Assembly: GCA_963762435.1 (NCBI GenBank)
Contig: CAVXLN010000011.1
Coordinates: forward strand, 50-64,049
Reading direction: 5' to 3'
Origin: an uncultured Alphaproteobacteria bacterium
GTDB lineage: Bacteria > Pseudomonadota > Alphaproteobacteria > ATCC43930 > CGMCC-115725
Length of the DNA: 64,000 bases
How positions within the stretch are numbered: position 1 is the stretch's first letter; every line of letters begins with the position of its first letter. Made by a program: the position numbers and the translations under genes. Positions 37,809-47,752 of this stretch are shown in pieces. Under the pieces are notes generated by a model. It was given only the letters and a program-made list of their open reading frames with translations. It made no database searches and was not told where the DNA came from.

Positions 37809-38888
37809 TCAGCGGCGCTGGCGCAACGCCTCGATCGCCTGGTCCAGCAGCTCCCGCAGGATCCCCTCGGTGCTCTGCTCGCGCGTGACGAGCCCGACGC
37901 TCTGGCCGGCCATGACCGAGCCGGTCTCGATATCGCCGTCGATGACCGCGCGTCGCAGGGCGCCGGCCCAGAAATGCTCGATCTCGAGCTGCGCATCCTT
38001 CTGGTTGAGCTCGCCGCGATCGAATTTCCCGATAACCTCGCGCTGCGCTTCCATGAAACGCGCCGTGTTGGCATTGGCAAGCGCGCGCACCGGGATGACC
38101 GGGAAGCGCGAATCGAGCTGGATCGAGGGCACGGCATCGCGGGCGGAGGCGCGGATGAAGCTGCGTTTGAAATTGGGATGCGCGATCAATTCGGTGGCGC
38201 AGACGAAGCGCGTGCCCAGCTGCACACCCGATGCCCCCATCTCGAGATAGGACAAGATCGCCTCGCCGCGCCCGATTCCGCCGGCGACGAAGACCGGCAC
38301 CTCGGTGATGTTGGGCAGGATCTCTTGGGCCAGCACGCTGGTCGAGACCGGGCCGATATGGCCGCCGGCCTCCATGCCCTCGATGATCAGCGCATCGACG
38401 CCCATGCGCACGAGCTTCTTGGCCAGCACCAGTGCCGGCGCGAAGCACAGCGCCTTGCAGCCGCCTCGGCGGATCTGCTGGATCGCGGCCGACGGCGGCA
38501 GGCCGCCCGCCAGCACGATATGGCTGACGCCGCGGCCGAGGGCCGTCTCGATCAATTCCGACAGCTGCGGATGGAGCGTGATGAGGTTGACGCCGAACGG
38601 CCGGTCGGTCAGCGCCTTGGTGCCGTCGATCTCTGCCGCGAGCAGATCGGGGCTCATCGAGCCGGACGCGATCACACCGAAGCCGCCGGCCTCTGAGATG
38701 GCAGCGACGAGATGCCGCTCGCTCACCCAGCTCATAGCGCCGCCCATGATGGCGTATTCGCTGCCGAGGAGCTCACGCCCGCGACGCCAGAGCGCATCGA
38801 GCTTGGCATGCGGCCCTGCCGGCATGAAGGGCCGAGCGGACTCGATCCCGGCCCGCTTGGGTTCGTCTAGCTCGATCGATTGCCCCAT
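37809..38888 (-). CDS. nitronate monooxygenase (2-nitropropane dioxygenase family)
   Basis: Start trimmed to MGQSIEL. Contains IMGGAMSWVS...GGFGVI and GMEAGGHIG. Confidence 0.85.
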   Translation of the reverse strand: MGQSIELDEPKRAGIESARPFMPAGPHAKLDALWRRGRELLGSEYAIMGGAMSWVSERHLVAAISEAGGFGVIASGSMSPDLLAAEIDGTKALTDRPFGVNLITLHPQLSELIETALGRGVSHIVLAGGLPPSAAIQQIRRGGCKALCFAPALVLAKKLVRMGVDALIIEGMEAGGHIGPVSTSVLAQEILPNITEVPVFVAGGIGRGEAILSYLEMGASGVQLGTRFVCATELIAHPNFKRSFIRASARDAVPSIQLDSRFPVIPVRALANANTARFMEAQREVIGKFDRGELNQKDAQLEIEHFWAGALRRAVIDGDIETGSVMAGQSVGLVTREQSTEGILRELLDQAIEALRQRR

Positions 38889-38895
38889 CGCGCCA

Positions 38896-40119
38896 TCAGT
38901 TGCAGTCGAGACCGTAGGCAGTATGGAGTGCCCGGAGCGCCAGCTCCAGATATTCCTCCGCAACGAGAACGCTAACCTTGATCTCGCTCGTCGAGATGAC
39001 CTGGATGTTGATGCCCTTTTCCGCAAGCGTGCTGAACATCTTCTGGGCCACGCCGGCATGGCTGCGCATGCCGACGCCGATGACGGAAAGCTTGGCGACA
39101 TTGGCGTCGGACGCGAGCTCCACGAAATCGAGCAGCTCGCTGCGCGCACCCTCCAGCACCTTGACCGCGCGCTTCAAATCGGTTTTGGACACGGTGAAGG
39201 TGAGGTCGGTCGCCGCCCCGTCCGGCGAGACATTCTGCACGATCATGTCGACATTGATGTTCGAGTCCGCGAGCGGGCCGAAGATGGCCGCCGCGACTCC
39301 GGGGCGGTCGGCCGCCCCGCGCACGGTGATCTTGGCCTCGTCCCGGCTATAGGCGATGCCGCTCACGACTTGCTTTTCCACGATCTCGTCCTCGCTCACG
39401 ACCAGCGTGCCCGGCTCGTCGACGAAGCTCGACAGCACCTGCACGCGGACATTGTGGTTCATGGCCATTTCGACCGAGCGGGTCTGCAGCACCTTGGCCC
39501 CTTGCGAGGCCAGCTCGAGCATCTCCTCGAAGGTGATCTTGTCGAGCTTGGAGGCGCGGGCGACGATGCGCGGATCGGTCGTATAGACGCCGTCGACATC
39601 GGTGAAGATGTCGCAGCGCTCGGCCCCGAAGGCAGCCGCGAGGGCCACGGCCGAGGTGTCGGAACCGCCGCGGCCCAAGGTGGTGATCCGGCCGTTCTCG
39701 GTGCGGCCCTGGAAGCCCGCCACGACCGCGACCTCGCCCTTGGCCGCGCGCGCCTCGATCTCGCTCAAATCGATGCCGGCGATACGGGCCGTGCCGTGGG
39801 CGTCGCTGGTCATGATCGGGATCTGCCAGCCGAGCCAGGAACGCGCCGGCACGCCGATATCCTGGAGTGCTATCGCCATGAGGCCAGCCGTCACCTGCTC
39901 GCCCGAGGAGACGACCGTGTCGTACTCGCGCGCGTCATGGAGTGCCGCCGTCTCATTGCACCAGTTGACCAGCTGGTTGGTGGTGCCCGCCATGGCCGAG
40001 ACGACGACGATCACCTCGTTGCCGGCGTCGACCTCGCGCTTGACGCGCTTGGCGACGCTCTTGATACGGTCGACATCCTTGACGGATGTGCCGCCGAACT
40101 TCTGCACGATACGCGCCAT
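38896..40119 (-). CDS. lysC: aspartate kinase
   Basis: MARIVQKFGGTSV start, a kinase core, and two C-terminal ACT domains. Confidence 0.95.
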   Translation of the reverse strand: MARIVQKFGGTSVKDVDRIKSVAKRVKREVDAGNEVIVVVSAMAGTTNQLVNWCNETAALHDAREYDTVVSSGEQVTAGLMAIALQDIGVPARSWLGWQIPIMTSDAHGTARIAGIDLSEIEARAAKGEVAVVAGFQGRTENGRITTLGRGGSDTSAVALAAAFGAERCDIFTDVDGVYTTDPRIVARASKLDKITFEEMLELASQGAKVLQTRSVEMAMNHNVRVQVLSSFVDEPGTLVVSEDEIVEKQVVSGIAYSRDEAKITVRGAADRPGVAAAIFGPLADSNINVDMIVQNVSPDGAATDLTFTVSKTDLKRAVKVLEGARSELLDFVELASDANVAKLSVIGVGMRSHAGVAQKMFSTLAEKGINIQVISTSEIKVSVLVAEEYLELALRALHTAYGLDCN

Positions 40120-40255
40120 TCTGTGTCTTCAACGCCCCCGAAAACCGGCGAGCTCGGCGCAGCCCCGCTGATCGCGCCGTGATTGCTCTGTAAAAGGCGG
40201 CTATTCATACTCTCCGCCCCGTCGACGACGCAAGCTTACCCCCTAGTGTCCCGAT

Positions 40256-40283
40256 CCTGAAGTTCGAGCTATCGAACTTCAGG
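40256..40283. promoter_or_regulatory. 28-nt perfect palindrome CCTGAAGTTCGA-GCTA-TCGAACTTCAGG in the lysC/ubiG divergent intergenic region
   Basis: Read directly. The arms extend imperfectly to about 40245-40298. The region is locally AT-richer than its surroundings. Confidence 0.4.
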
Positions 40284-40354
40284 TGAATCGGAACACCCAA
40301 CTTATTGAATCTAGTGTGATTCAGCTTTCGAAATTCGCACTAGACGCAAGGAAC

Positions 40355-41110
40355 ATGGCGATCTTGGCCGCTCCCGTACCCGAAAATTCCGCCGATCCCG
40401 CCGAGATCCGGCGTTTCGCCGCCATCGCCGAGGGCTGGTGGGACCCGGAGGGCGAGTTCAAGCCGCTCCACCGGCTCAATCCCACACGTCTCGCCTTCAT
40501 CCGCGATCATCTGGCCGCACATTTCGGCCGCGACATCCGGGCGAAGCGGCCGTTCGAGGGGCTCAAGCTCCTCGATATCGGCTGCGGCGGCGGCCTGGTG
40601 GCGGAGCCGCTGGCGCGCCTGGGCTTCGCCGTCACCGGCGTCGATGCCGCTGCCGAAGGGATCGAGATCGCCAGCACCCATGCCAAAGCGCACGGCCTTG
40701 CCATCGACTACCGGGTCGGCACGGCCGAGGCGCTCTTCGAGGGGGGTGAGCAGTTCGATGCGGTGACAGCGCTCGAGATCGTCGAGCATGTCGTGGACCC
40801 CGCGGCCTTCCTCGGCACGATCGGCGGGCTCGTCCGTCCGGGCGGTGCCGTCGTGCTCTCGACCCTGAACCGCACGCCGCGCTCCTGGGCACTCGGCATC
40901 GTCGGTGCCGAATATCTTCTGCGCTGGGTGCCGCGCGGGACGCATCGCTGGTCCAAATTCCTGCGACCATCCGAGCTCGCCGCGGCCGCCCGCCGCGCCG
41001 GCCTCGGCGTCGGCGATCTCGCCGGCATGAGCTACGACCCGATGAGTGGCACCTGGGCGCTCAGCTGCGATCTCGGCGTCAATTATCTGATGTTTGCGAC
41101 CAAGGGGTGA
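40355..41110 (+). CDS. ubiG: ubiquinone biosynthesis O-methyltransferase
   Basis: [23 protein letters not shown] and the SAM motif [10 protein letters not shown]. Confidence 0.9.
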   Translation: MAILAAPVPENSADPAEIRRFAAIAEGWWDPEGEFKPLHRLNPTRLAFIRDHLAAHFGRDIRAKRPFEGLKLLDIGCGGGLVAEPLARLGFAVTGVDAAAEGIEIASTHAKAHGLAIDYRVGTAEALFEGGEQFDAVTALEIVEHVVDPAAFLGTIGGLVRPGGAVVLSTLNRTPRSWALGIVGAEYLLRWVPRGTHRWSKFLRPSELAAAARRAGLGVGDLAGMSYDPMSGTWALSCDLGVNYLMFATKG

Positions 41111-41211
41111 ATTGTCCAGGGCGATCCCCTCATATCCCGCACCCGTCACATGACTGACATCGATAGAGGCTAGCGTCAAAGCGACCGTCGCTTACGCTGC
41201 CGGAGGGTGTC

Positions 41212-42114
41212 ATGCATCTTGGACTTCGTCTCGGCGCGGCACTTGCGCTGCTGCCGGCTTTCGCCGTTGCCGTACCCGCCTTCGCCGCCGGGACCGATTG
41301 CCCGGAAGGCGGCGTCGTGCGTTTCGGCGTCGAGCCGTTTGATACCTCGGCCAAGCTGGTGCCGATCTTCGACCAGATCGGCAAGATGCTGGGCGACAAG
41401 ATCGGCTGCGAGGTCAAGATCTTCGTCGCCACCAACTACAATGCCGAGATCGAGGCGATGCGGGCCGGCAAGCTCGAGATCGGCCAGTTCGGGCCCTTGG
41501 GCTATGTGCTGGCGCATCAGATCGCGAAGGCCGAAGCCGTCGCCTCCTACGCCAATGCCGATGGCCAGCCGAATAACTACTGGGCGAGCTTGGTGACTTA
41601 TCCCGACTCGGGCATCAAGACCGTGGCCGACATCAAGGGCCATTCCTTCGCCTTCTCGGATCCGGCCTCGACCTCGGGCCATCTCTTTCCGGCCTATGGC
41701 CTCCGGAAGGCCGGGCTCGATCCCGACAAAGATCTGAAGCCGGTTTATGCCGGCAGCCACACGGCCTCGTTCGAGGCGCTCTACAATCACAAGGTCGTTG
41801 CCGGCGAACTCAACAGCGAGCAGCTCGAATCCGCGACCCAGCGCGGCCATTACAAGGAAGGCGATCTCATCTTCCTGTGGAAGTCGGACCCGATCCCGAC
41901 CGACCCGATCACGGTGCGCGGCGACTTGCCGGCGGCGTTCAAGGCGAAGCTGACCGAGGCGCTCCAGAATATGGACCTGTCTCAGCTGCCCGAGGCCGAC
42001 CGCAAGATCATCAGTGCCGTCGGCCTCAAGACGGTGCCCCAGACCGACAAGGCCTATGACGGCGTGCGCGACCTGGTGAAGACGCTCAATATCGATCTGG
42101 ATAAGCTCGGCTGA
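41212..42114 (+). CDS. phnD: phosphonate/phosphite ABC transporter substrate-binding protein
   Basis: Signal peptide and PhnD-type motifs (FAFSDPASTSGHL). GGAGGG lies before the ATG. Confidence 0.9.
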   Translation: MHLGLRLGAALALLPAFAVAVPAFAAGTDCPEGGVVRFGVEPFDTSAKLVPIFDQIGKMLGDKIGCEVKIFVATNYNAEIEAMRAGKLEIGQFGPLGYVLAHQIAKAEAVASYANADGQPNNYWASLVTYPDSGIKTVADIKGHSFAFSDPASTSGHLFPAYGLRKAGLDPDKDLKPVYAGSHTASFEALYNHKVVAGELNSEQLESATQRGHYKEGDLIFLWKSDPIPTDPITVRGDLPAAFKAKLTEALQNMDLSQLPEADRKIISAVGLKTVPQTDKAYDGVRDLVKTLNIDLDKLG

Positions 42115-42878
42115 TGGCGGCCGCGGATTCGTGCCGGCTTGCGGTGCGTCGTCTGGCGCTGCGCTACCCGAACGGCAAGGTGGCGCTGAAGGGCGTCGAT
42201 CTCGAGGTCCGGCCGGGCGAGCTCGTCGTGGTGCTCGGCAGCAATGGCAGCGGCAAATCGACCTTGATGCGCTGCATCGTCAGCCTGCTGCGCCCGACCG
42301 AGGGCGAGGTGCTGGTCGACGGGCAGCGGATCGAGCATCTCTCCGGCGAGGCGCTGCGCCAGGCGCGCATGAGCTGCGGCATGATCTTCCAGCACGCCAA
42401 TCTGGTGAAGCGCCGTAGCGTCATCGCCAATGTCGCGACCGGGGCGCTCGGCCGGCATCGCACACTCGGCACGGCGCTCGGCCTGCTGCCGCGATGCGAG
42501 CTTGATGCGGCACATGGTTTCCTCGACGAGGTCGGCCTCGTCGCGATGGCGCGCCAGCGCGCCGGCACGCTTTCGGGCGGCCAGCAGCAGCGCGTCGCGA
42601 TCGCCCGCGCGCTAGCTCAGCGGCCGCGCGTGCTGCTCGCCGACGAGCCGGTGGCGAGCCTGGATCCCGAAGCGGCGCGCGAGATCATGGCATTGCTCCG
42701 TCGTCTCGCCACCGCCGACAATCTCGCCGTTCTCGCGGTCCTGCATCAGCCGGAGCTGGCGCTCGGCCATGCCGACCGGATCGTGGGGTTGCGCGACGGC
42801 ATGATCGAATTCGACCTGCCGCCCGAGCGCGTGCGTGAGGCGATGGTCGAGGCGCTTTATGCGCGCTGTGCCGCCTGA
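42114..42878 (+). CDS. phnC: phosphonate ABC transporter ATP-binding protein
   Basis: Walker A GSNGSGKST, signature LSGGQQQRV, Walker B LLADEP. Confidence 0.9.
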   Translation: MAAADSCRLAVRRLALRYPNGKVALKGVDLEVRPGELVVVLGSNGSGKSTLMRCIVSLLRPTEGEVLVDGQRIEHLSGEALRQARMSCGMIFQHANLVKRRSVIANVATGALGRHRTLGTALGLLPRCELDAAHGFLDEVGLVAMARQRAGTLSGGQQQRVAIARALAQRPRVLLADEPVASLDPEAAREIMALLRRLATADNLAVLAVLHQPELALGHADRIVGLRDGMIEFDLPPERVREAMVEALYARCAA

Positions 42879-43674
42879 CGCGATTCTGGCCCGGTACCAG
42901 GCGCAGCGGCCGACGGGCCTGCGGCGTTTGGCGCTGCCGCTCGCCCTGGTCGCGGGCGCGCTGCTGTTCGGCCAGTCGCTCTGGGTCGTCGATGCGCGCT
43001 TCGGCGAGCTCGTCACCGGCGTCCATGGCATGGCGGATTTCCTCAACCGCTCCTGGCCGCCCGATCTTTCGGATCTCCGCGGCGTGCTCTGGCCGGCGCT
43101 CGAGACCATCGACATCGCGCTCTTCGGCACCGTGACGGGCGTGATCCTGGCGATCCCCTTCGCGATCCTGGCCGCACGCAACGTCACGCCATCGATCTAC
43201 CTCTACGGTTTCGGCCGCGCGGTCATTGCTCTCACCCGGGCCGTGCCGGATCTGGTCTGGGCGCTGCTGTTCGTGACGGCGGTCGGGCTCGGGCCGTTTC
43301 CGGGGGCGCTCGCCCTCTCGGTCCATTCGATCGGCATGCTCGGCCGGCTCTTCGCCGAGATCATCGAGGATATGGACATGGGCCCGGTCGAGGCGCTGAC
43401 GCTGACCGGCGCCGGCCGCGCCCAGATCTTCTCGCAGGCCGTGGTGCCGGGCGTGCTGCCCTCGCTCCTCGGCATCGCCCTTTATCGTTTCGACGAAAAT
43501 CTGCGCTCGTCGCTGGTGCTGGGCTTCGTCGGTGCCGGCGGCATCGGTTTCCAGCTGCTGACGGCGATGAATCTGTTCCAGTACCGCTCGGTCTCGACCT
43601 TGCTGATCGTGACCTTCTGCCTGGTGATCGGTGCCGAGCGGATCTCGGCCTTGGTCCGGAGCCGTATGGCCTAA
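42859..43674 (+). CDS. phnE: phosphonate ABC transporter permease
   Basis: Six TM segments and an EAL..GA motif region. The start is uncertain (ATG 42859 or GTG 42835). Confidence 0.85.
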   Translation: MRAVPPDAILARYQAQRPTGLRRLALPLALVAGALLFGQSLWVVDARFGELVTGVHGMADFLNRSWPPDLSDLRGVLWPALETIDIALFGTVTGVILAIPFAILAARNVTPSIYLYGFGRAVIALTRAVPDLVWALLFVTAVGLGPFPGALALSVHSIGMLGRLFAEIIEDMDMGPVEALTLTGAGRAQIFSQAVVPGVLPSLLGIALYRFDENLRSSLVLGFVGAGGIGFQLLTAMNLFQYRSVSTLLIVTFCLVIGAERISALVRSRMA

Positions 43675-44125
43675 CTATCCGTCGCCGGCACCCACGGTAT
43701 CCGGCCGAACTCGATGCCTTCATCGGCCAGCTCCTCGGCTTCTTCCGGCGTCGTGTCGCCATAGATGCCGTGGCTTTCGGTCTCGCCGTAATGGATCTTG
43801 CGGGCTTCCTCGGCGAATTTGTCGCCGACATTCTCGCAATTGGCCTCGACGGTCCGCGCAGCGTGCGCAACAGATGCAGCATCTCGGCCGGGTTTTGCGG
43901 TGCGGACGGGGCAGGGGTCACTGCCTTGGTCGGCGTCTCGGCCGGCGCCGGCTCGGCGACACTCTTGCCAATGCGCGGCGCCATCGGCGCCTTGCCGATC
44001 TCGTGATCGCCGCAGATGGGGCAGGCGATCTCGCCGCCTGCTGCTTGCCGGTCATAGGCGGCACTGTTCGGGAACCAGCCCTCGAACTCGTGCTCTGCGC
44101 GGCATTTCAATGTGAAAAGGATCAT
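43671..44125 (-). pseudogene. DUF1178 family gene with an apparent 1-nt frameshift
   Basis: The N-part MILFTLKCRAEHEFEGWFPNS...ACPICGD is in one frame. The canonical C-part VEANCENVGDKFAEEARKIHYGETESHGIYGDTTPEEAEELADEGIEFGRIPWVP is in another frame and ends at 43671. The span is 455 nt, which is not a multiple of 3. The junction is near 43853-43858. Confidence 0.7.
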
Positions 44126-44182
44126 GGTGCCTAACTGCTGTCATCCTTACAGTGCGGGCTTGCGGTTGAGCAACGGTAACTT

Positions 44183-44725
44183 ATGACCCAGCCCGATCCT
44201 CTTGCCGTCCCTTCGCCCTGGATTCGGCGCTTCGCCCATCTCGTCCCCGCTGGCGGCGCCTTGCTCGATCTCGCGGCCGGCGGCGGGCGTCATGCCCGGT
44301 TCTTTGCCGGACGCGGTCATCCGGTGACGGCAGTCGATCGTCGCCTCGACGCCATGGCCGACCTCAAGGGCGATCCGCGCTATGCGCTGATCGAGGCCGA
44401 TCTCGAAGCCGGGCCATGGCCTTTAAGCGAACGGCGTTTCGCCGGCATCGTCGTCACCAACTATCTCCACCGACCCTTGCTGCCCCATCTCCTGGCAGCA
44501 CTCGAGCCGGGCGGCGCCCTTCTCTACGAGACCTTCGCCGAAGGCCAGGCCCAGTTCGGCCGCCCCGCGAGCCCGGACTTCCTGTTGCGCGCGAACGAGC
44601 TCATCGAGGCTTTCGCCCCGCATCTCACCATCGCGGCATATGAGCATGGCGTCGAGCATGCGCCGCATCCGGCGGCACGACAGCGGATTGCCGCCGTGCT
44701 CGGCCGGGATCTCCCGGTGCTCTAA
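44183..44725 (+). CDS. class I SAM-dependent methyltransferase
   Basis: LLDLAAGGGRHARFFAGRGHPVTAVD motif I/II. Confidence 0.8.
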   Translation: MTQPDPLAVPSPWIRRFAHLVPAGGALLDLAAGGGRHARFFAGRGHPVTAVDRRLDAMADLKGDPRYALIEADLEAGPWPLSERRFAGIVVTNYLHRPLLPHLLAALEPGGALLYETFAEGQAQFGRPASPDFLLRANELIEAFAPHLTIAAYEHGVEHAPHPAARQRIAAVLGRDLPVL

Positions 44726-44728
44726 CGG

Positions 44729-45601
44729 TTACTCGCCCGCGTGCTGCAACGGGATGACCGAGGCCGGTGGCCGCCAGGGCCGGTCATGCTCGAGCGATGG
44801 CACCATCCGGCGCGCCTCGTCGACCCGGGCGAGATCGAGTTCGGCCGTCACGAAGCCGACTTCCTCGCCGCCATCGGCCAGTACCTCGCCCCAGGGATCG
44901 ACAATCAGCGAATGACCATAAGTGCGGCGGCCTTCGGCATGCGTCCCGGTCTGGGCCGGGGCCAGCACGAAGCAGCCGGTCTCGATCGCCCGCGCGCGCA
45001 GCAGCGTGTGCCAATGCGCCTTGCCGGTCGGCACGGTGAAGGCCGAGGGGATGCTCAACAGCCTGGCACCCGCCTGCGCCAGCGTCCGGTACAGGCCGGG
45101 GAAGCGCATATCGTAGCAGATGGTCATGCCGAGCGTGCCCCAAGGCGTCTCGGCCAGCACGGCGCGGTCGCCGGGGCGGAATTGCGAGGATTCGCGATAG
45201 CTTTCGCCTTGCGCCAGGCTGACATCGAACATGTAGATCTTGTCGTAGCGTGCCGCGATGGCGCCGGTCGGGTCGAACAGATAGGAGCGGTTGGCGAGGC
45301 GGTTATCCTCGGGCGTCGCATCGGCGCGCTTCACCGAGAAGGAGCCGGCCAGCAGCCAGGCGCCGGTCTCGCGGGCCAGATCCTGGAATGCCGTGATCGC
45401 GAGCGGCCGCGCCTCATCCTCGGCCTTGGTGAATTTGGGTTCGCGCTTGGGCTCGATCATGACGACGTTCTCGGGCGTCAGGATGAATTCCGCACCTTCG
45501 TCGCGGGCGCGCCGGATCAGCGTGCCGACCGCCTCGATGCTGGGTTCGGGATCACGGCCGGCCGAGACCTGGATGCAAGCAACCTTCACCTTGTCGGCCA
45601 T
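44729..45601 (-). CDS. carbon-nitrogen hydrolase family protein
   Basis: Glu/Lys/Cys triad contexts TPEN, YDKIYMFD and ICYDMRFP. Confidence 0.9.
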   Translation of the reverse strand: MADKVKVACIQVSAGRDPEPSIEAVGTLIRRARDEGAEFILTPENVVMIEPKREPKFTKAEDEARPLAITAFQDLARETGAWLLAGSFSVKRADATPEDNRLANRSYLFDPTGAIAARYDKIYMFDVSLAQGESYRESSQFRPGDRAVLAETPWGTLGMTICYDMRFPGLYRTLAQAGARLLSIPSAFTVPTGKAHWHTLLRARAIETGCFVLAPAQTGTHAEGRRTYGHSLIVDPWGEVLADGGEEVGFVTAELDLARVDEARRMVPSLEHDRPWRPPASVIPLQHAGE

Positions 45602-45616
45602 GACCTTCTCCCTGAC

Positions 45617-45874
45617 CTAAGATGCGAGTTTCGCGTCCAACTGGCCGGCGCGCTCGAGCGCATAGAGCTCGTCCGAGCCGCCGATATGCTCGCCATCGAT
45701 GAAGATCTGCGGCACGGAGGTGCGCCCGCCGGCGCGCCCGACCATCTCCTCGCGACGATTGGGGAATTCCATCAGGTCGATCGTGTCGTATTCGACGCCC
45801 TTGTCATCCAGCAGCGCCTTGGCGCGCGCGCAATAGGGGCAGAAGAAGGACGAATAGACTTCGATTTTGGCCAC
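45617..45874 (-). CDS. grxC: glutaredoxin 3
   Basis: 85 aa with the CPYC active site and TVPQIFIDGEHIGG. Confidence 0.9.
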   Translation of the reverse strand: MAKIEVYSSFFCPYCARAKALLDDKGVEYDTIDLMEFPNRREEMVGRAGGRTSVPQIFIDGEHIGGSDELYALERAGQLDAKLAS

Positions 45875-45939
45875 GATCGGAAGGCTCCGCTCACTCTTTC
45901 AGGTCGGTAGGATATATGACGGCCCGCCCTTCGTGCCAG

Positions 45940-46704
45940 TCAACCAGTTATGCGGACGGCGCGGGCCAGGGTCAGCACCTCGATGCGGGCGGCGCCGGCC
46001 CGGCGCAGGATGCGCGCGCATTCCTCGACCGTGGCGCCGGAGGTCAGCACATCGTCGATGACCACGACATGACGGCCCTGCACCATCTCCGGCCGCCTGA
46101 GCGCGAAGGCGCCGCGCACATTCTCCGCACGCTGCGTCCGCGTTCGCCGGCCCTGGATCGGCGTGCGCCGCTTGCGATAGAGAAGATCGGGGGCAACACG
46201 CGGCGCACCGGCGCCGATCGCGGCCACGATCGCCTGGGCGAGCAGGGCCGACTGGTTGTAGCGGCGGCGCCAGAGCCGGGTCCAATGGAGCGGCACCGGG
46301 ATGAGAAGATCCGCCTCGGCCAGCAGCGGTGCGCCTGCGCGCGCCAGCCACTGGCCGAAGGCCGGCACGCCATGCAACCGGTCGGCATGTTTCAGCCCCA
46401 GCACCAGCCGGCGCGATTTGTCGTCATAGATGAAGACGCTGCGTGCCCGATCGAATTTCGGCGGCTGGGCAAGGCAGCCGGCGCAGAGATCGTCCGGCCC
46501 CGCCTCGTAGGGGAAGGGCAGGCCGCAGCAGGCGCAGCAGGGTTCGCCCAGGAAAATGATGCCGCGCCAGCATTCGGCGCAGAGCGTGCCATTGACCTCG
46601 ACCCGCCTCGTGCACTGGATGCAGCGCGGCGGCAGCAAGAGATCGAGGATGCGCCCGGCCCAGCGCCCCGGAATCGTCGTCAGCGTGCCGATCAGGCTGG
46701 TCAC
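45940..46704 (-). CDS. ComF family protein (phosphoribosyltransferase-like)
   Basis: N-terminal Cys pairs (PPRCIQC...LCAECW) and a C-terminal PRT motif VVVIDDVLTSGATV. The GTG at 46704 overlaps the mbfA stop. Confidence 0.85.
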   Translation of the reverse strand: MTSLIGTLTTIPGRWAGRILDLLLPPRCIQCTRRVEVNGTLCAECWRGIIFLGEPCCACCGLPFPYEAGPDDLCAGCLAQPPKFDRARSVFIYDDKSRRLVLGLKHADRLHGVPAFGQWLARAGAPLLAEADLLIPVPLHWTRLWRRRYNQSALLAQAIVAAIGAGAPRVAPDLLYRKRRTPIQGRRTRTQRAENVRGAFALRRPEMVQGRHVVVIDDVLTSGATVEECARILRRAGAARIEVLTLARAVRITG

Positions 46705-47699
46705 GAGCTGCCGATCAGGATGCCGGTCGCGAACACGAGCGTGCCGCCGACCGCGACCTGGAAGATCGCCGACAGCCAGGGCGTGTCCATATAGCGGTGC
46801 CGGACCCACGAGATGACGCCGAGCTCGACGGCCACGACCATGATGGCGATCGTCGTGGCGAGATTGAAATCCGGCACCAGATAGGGCAGCGCATGGCCGA
46901 GCCCGCCCAGCGCGGTCATCAGGCCGCACACGATGCCGCGCAGCAGCGGCTTGCCGCGGCCGGTCAGCGAGCCATTGTCGCTCAGAGCCTCGGCGAAGCC
47001 CATCGAGATGCCGGCGCCGAGAGCCGCGGCGAGCCCGACCTCGAAAGTCTGCCAGGATTGATGCGTGGCGAAGGCGGTGGCGAAGAGCGGCGCCAGTGTG
47101 GAGACCGACCCGTCCATCAGCCCGGCCAGGCCCGGCTGCACGATCTGCAGCACGAAGAGCCGCTTCGCCGTCTCGTCCTCCGCGTGGCGCGTGGCCGGCG
47201 GCAGCTGCAGCTCGGTCAGCTCTTCCGCCAGAGTCTCGTGCCGGCTTTCCTCGGTCGCAAGATCGCCCAGGAGCTGGCGGATCGCGGCATCGGTCGAGCG
47301 CTGGGCGGCATTCCGATAAAAGCGCCTGGTCTCATATTCCATGATCTCGGCCTGGTCACGCACGGCATCGAGACGGAGCGGCCGCTGCAGCCAGACCGGG
47401 CGGCGCTTGACGAATCCCGATACATCATGGCGCCGGATGAGCGGGATATGGTCGCCGAATTTCGCGCGATAAAGCTCGATCAGCCGGTGGCGATGGCCCG
47501 ATTCCTCGGCCGCCATCTCGCGGAAGACGCTTGCAGATGCAGGATATTGTTCTGAGAGCCCGTCCACGAAATTATCGTAGATGCGCTCATCCTCCTCTTC
47601 GAGCGAGATCGCCAGAGCCAGGATCTCCCGCTCGCTCAGCTCGCTGAAATGCTTCACGATGCCATCCCCGCCATCGATCCTGCGCGCCGCCAACTCCAC
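46701..47699 (-). CDS. mbfA: membrane-bound ferritin-like iron exporter (erythrin-VIT1 fusion)
   Basis: Two EExxH motifs ([18 protein letters not shown]) fused to a VIT1/CCC1-type membrane domain. Confidence 0.85.
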   Translation of the reverse strand: MELAARRIDGGDGIVKHFSELSEREILALAISLEEEDERIYDNFVDGLSEQYPASASVFREMAAEESGHRHRLIELYRAKFGDHIPLIRRHDVSGFVKRRPVWLQRPLRLDAVRDQAEIMEYETRRFYRNAAQRSTDAAIRQLLGDLATEESRHETLAEELTELQLPPATRHAEDETAKRLFVLQIVQPGLAGLMDGSVSTLAPLFATAFATHQSWQTFEVGLAAALGAGISMGFAEALSDNGSLTGRGKPLLRGIVCGLMTALGGLGHALPYLVPDFNLATTIAIMVVAVELGVISWVRHRYMDTPWLSAIFQVAVGGTLVFATGILIGSS

Positions 47700-47752
47700 C
47701 CTTCGGCGCAGGCGGCGTCAATGGCCGAAAAGGGCCACGTCATATTGGCGGA

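Noticed and set aside
41144-41160. Possible Pho box (CGTCACATGACTGACAT) upstream of phnD
   Set aside because: It only loosely resembles the CTGTCAT-N4-CTGTCAT direct repeat, and the half-sites are mismatched. It is not enough to call without a PhoB matrix scan.
43361-43670. Continuation of the 254-aa ORF beyond the DUF1178 homology
   Set aside because: This is read-through in the wrong frame after the frameshift. It overlaps phnE on the opposite strand and has junk composition.
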